DNA from: Thermoleophilia bacterium
GTDB lineage: Bacteria; Actinomycetota; Thermoleophilia; Solirubrobacterales; 70-9
DNA length: 24,000 nt
Direction: 5' to 3'
NCBI GenBank assembly: GCA_016649615.1
Contig: JAENXK010000015.1
Location: forward strand, 3,704-27,703
The notes below the pieces were generated by a model. That model did not search any database, was not told the DNA's origin, and saw only the letters and a program-made list of their open reading frames with translations. Of the stretch, positions 21,858-24,000 are shown in pieces. The stretch's first letter is position 1. Every line of letters begins with the position of its first letter. The translations under genes were made by a program, and so were the position numbers.

Positions 21858-23328
21858 GCGTCACCTTGCCGGCCGGATCGCGAGTCCCGGACCCTTCCGT
21901 GGCTACCGGGCGATCGCCGGCCTCGGCATCGCTCCCCGATTCGTGAAGCGGAAGCAGCCGGGCCAGGGCCAGGTTCTCGGCCGGGTCGAGCACCGCGTGC
22001 TGGACGCAGGCCGGAACCATCCGGTCATCTTCGGGGTGAGACATCCCGTAGGCGCAACCCTGCAGTCTTTCCTGAGCAGCCCGTATCTCGGGCTCATCGC
22101 TGATCTCGCCGCGTTCGAGTCCGTCCCAGGCCGGTTTCACGACCGAGGCATCCATGAAGTTGTGCATGACCACGGTCACCGCCGTCGGACGGCGGTGAAT
22201 GATCCGGACCGGCCCGCCCATGCGGCCGGCCAGCCGGAAGGCGAAAGGAACCGCCGCGAACAGCGCGCGAGGCTCCCGGGCGAGGGCACGCAGGAGCCGG
22301 GTGAACAGGAGCGGCTTCGATGAGGCGAAATCCATCCCTCCTGCCGCGGCCATGAACAAGTCTCGCATACGGATGTCACGCGGGTCATCCTGATCGAAAA
22401 GTGTCCAGTAGCGGTCCCCGGAAAACCCGCCGTGGGCGGTGCGGTTGCAGCGGGGGTCCCCCCACTGCATGGCCCGGTAGTGGAGACGGGCGCCCACGCC
22501 CCGCTCGATCCGCTCCCAGATCTCGTCGTCGGTCTGGACCCTGAACCTGTCCTTCCACCGACTCGGATTGCCGACGTGCGCGGCCGGCTGGAAGCTGAAC
22601 ATGCGAAAACCCATGCCCCGGCAGTCGCGGATCAGCGCCGGGATCTGCTCGACGTTGCGGGGCGTGACCGTCATGTTGTGGGCCAGGTAGCTGGTAACAC
22701 CGTGCTCGCGTTCGAGCCGGGCGAACAACTCGCAGAACCGGCGTCGGTAAGGATTCAGCTCGGCCTCTGACCGGGCCCGCTTGATGCCTCGCCGCCCATG
22801 CATGGTCGTGTCGAAGTGCCCGGCGAAACTGAGGTGGGAAAACCGGGGCCGCCCGGTCTCCGGGTCAAGCGCCAGGGTTTCCAGATACTCGTAGTCGAAG
22901 TCGCCGTGGGTCATCGACATCGGCTTGCGGTCGTGTTCGATCATCTGCCGGAGCGCTCCGGCATGCGCCTCGGGGCCGAGCAGCGTGACCTCACCGCCGA
23001 TCAGCTGGGCGTGAACCCCCGGGCCCCGGATCTCGCGGGCATTCTTCATCTGCGAGCCGATCTCCCGGGCGGTGTGATCACCGTCGGTCCGAACGCGGTT
23101 CGAATCGCGTGAGTGATAGCAGGGGGTACAGGCGAGGTCGCAGCGCGGAAATACCCCGTGAGTGCCCTCGCAGCCGGTCGACCGCCGGCCGAGCATCTGA
23201 CTCGGGCCACGAATCGCCTCGGGCAGTTGTGCCCACCGCCGCTCTAGGGCGGCCTCCAGCTCCGGAGGCTCGGGCCGGGTCTTCTGCTCGAGCGCGCGCA
23301 GCCTCCTGATCGCATCGGCGACCCTCAT
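21850..23328 (-). CDS. Radical SAM enzyme of unassigned subfamily
   Basis: 492 aa. CDLACTPC (CxxxCxxC, residues 63-70, nt 23119-23142) is preceded by GCEGTHGVFPR, then a GGEVTLL SAM-binding-like block. AGGAG lies ~8 nt upstream of the ATG. I see no B12-binding motif and no SPASM/twitch Cys cluster, only scattered Cys in the C-terminal half (e.g. QGCAYG...VPACVQH). Confidence 0.8.
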   Translation of the reverse strand: MRVADAIRRLRALEQKTRPEPPELEAALERRWAQLPEAIRGPSQMLGRRSTGCEGTHGVFPRCDLACTPCYHSRDSNRVRTDGDHTAREIGSQMKNAREIRGPGVHAQLIGGEVTLLGPEAHAGALRQMIEHDRKPMSMTHGDFDYEYLETLALDPETGRPRFSHLSFAGHFDTTMHGRRGIKRARSEAELNPYRRRFCELFARLEREHGVTSYLAHNMTVTPRNVEQIPALIRDCRGMGFRMFSFQPAAHVGNPSRWKDRFRVQTDDEIWERIERGVGARLHYRAMQWGDPRCNRTAHGGFSGDRYWTLFDQDDPRDIRMRDLFMAAAGGMDFASSKPLLFTRLLRALAREPRALFAAVPFAFRLAGRMGGPVRIIHRRPTAVTVVMHNFMDASVVKPAWDGLERGEISDEPEIRAAQERLQGCAYGMSHPEDDRMVPACVQHAVLDPAENLALARLLPLHESGSDAEAGDRPVATEGSGTRDPAGKVTRA

Positions 23329-23374
23329 CTACCCACTCCTGCCGCGTTCATCCGGCTGCCCCGGCCGCTCTCAT

Positions 23375-23429
23375 GCTGATTTCGACCCGACGGGCCGCAA
23401 CTCGGTTCTTCGGCCGGCGCCAAATCAGC
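23375..23429. promoter_or_regulatory. 8-bp perfect inverted repeat bracketing the leader/terminator region upstream of the radical SAM gene
   Basis: GCTGATTT (23375-23382) and AAATCAGC (23422-23429) are exact reverse complements 39 nt apart. The right arm overlaps the stop codon of the upstream ABC permease. An inner GGCCG...CGGCC pair is also present. Confidence 0.25.
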
Positions 23430-24000
23430 CTGTCCTTCCGGCGCGAACCGCCAGACCGAGGGCCAGCAATGCCGGAGCCAGGAAGAGCAGCGAGAGCGAA
23501 GCGGCCACCTGGGGATCACTGCCGACGTACGGCAGCAGGACGACCGGCAGCGTGGGGCGGCCGGCGGCGATCGCGAGCGAACTCCCGTATTGCGCCCAGG
23601 AGACGAGGAAGGCCAGCAGGGCGGCCGCGGCCAGGGTCGGCCTCACGTTCGGCAGAGTGACATGAAGCAGGCGCTCGACCGGCCCCACGCCGAGCGAGCG
23701 ACTCATCTCCTCGAGCCCGCGAAGCCGGGGTCCGAATCCGGCGGAGAGAACAAGGATCGCGTACGGCAGGACGAAGACCAGGTGGACCAGGACCAGGCCG
23801 GCCAGCGAATCGATCAGCCCCAGTCGGACGAACCACTCGGTCAGGCCGACTCCGGTGGCGAGGGGCGGCACCAGCAGCGGTGCGGCCAGGATGAGAATGA
23901 CCGGAGCCGGGTGGCGCAGGCGACGCTCGCCGAGGACCCGGGCCGCCGGCCAGGCGGTCACCAGCGCCAGCAGCGTAGTCAGAAGTGCTACCTCGATCGA
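23425..24000 (-). CDS. ABC transporter permease (binding-protein-dependent inner-membrane component), 5'-truncated by the window edge
   Basis: EAA-loop pattern LEEMSRSLGVGPVERLLHVTLPNVRP. The frame stays open upstream of the listed GTG to base 24000 (SIEVALLTTLLALV...), so the gene continues beyond the window. Confidence 0.8.
   Translation of the reverse strand, partial: SIEVALLTTLLALVTAWPAARVLGERRLRHPAPVILILAAPLLVPPLATGVGLTEWFVRLGLIDSLAGLVLVHLVFVLPYAILVLSAGFGPRLRGLEEMSRSLGVGPVERLLHVTLPNVRPTLAAAALLAFLVSWAQYGSSLAIAAGRPTLPVVLLPYVGSDPQVAASLSLLFLAPALLALGLAVRAGRTG

Noticed and set aside
21850-23328. Idea that the unassigned radical SAM protein is a canonical anaerobic sulfatase-maturating enzyme for the sulfatase in the same operon
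   Set aside because: Known anSMEs have the CxxxCxxC motif near the N-terminus and a C-terminal SPASM domain with a dense Cys cluster. Here the motif sits at residues 63-70 and the C-terminal half has only scattered Cys. I kept this only as a speculative non-canonical possibility in the sulfatase finding.
1-24000. Search for CRISPR arrays, transposase/integrase genes, terminal inverted repeats, prophage or defence-system genes
   Set aside because: Reading both strands, I found no regularly spaced direct repeats and no ORF with recombinase, nuclease, helicase, methyltransferase or toxin-antitoxin hallmarks. The window looks like core-type metabolic, transport and regulatory DNA.

Overview
High-GC (by eye about two-thirds G+C), gene-dense bacterial chromosomal segment. 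It has an actinobacterial flavour: many GTG/TTG starts, frequent 1-8 nt stop/start overlaps, a MoaX-type fused MPT synthase and a DUF6457-like ORF. I saw no rRNA, tRNA, CRISPR array, transposase or integrase. Left to right the window holds: (1) the 3' part of an acyl-CoA carboxyltransferase; (2) an alpha/beta hydrolase translationally coupled to an HTH-less TetR-C-like ORF; (3) an SGNH hydrolase divergent from an ABC-2 exporter pair; (4) an FTR1/EfeU iron permease plus a cupredoxin-only EfeO-like lipoprotein, next to a Cys-rich ArsR/SufR-like regulator; (5) a ~9 kb molybdenum island (mog/moaB, moaC, fused moaD-moaE, moeA, mobA, DUF6457-like ORF, modE-like regulator, modABC, moaA), interrupted by one crotonase gene and a ~115 nt moaA-derived relic. 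Most interesting is an eight-gene minus-strand chain (23328 down to 15843) in which every junction overlaps. Its order is: unassigned radical SAM enzyme, CDP-alcohol phosphatidyltransferase, TVP38/DedA membrane protein, ECF sigma, small soluble ZAS anti-sigma, M28 peptidase, cytoplasmic Cys-type sulfatase, MoaA. The radical-SAM / CDP-alcohol-transferase / DedA trio is my best candidate for an undescribed, probably membrane-lipid-modifying, system. All functional calls rest on motif recognition in the supplied translations and on reading the DNA by hand. No database search or folding calculation was possible.
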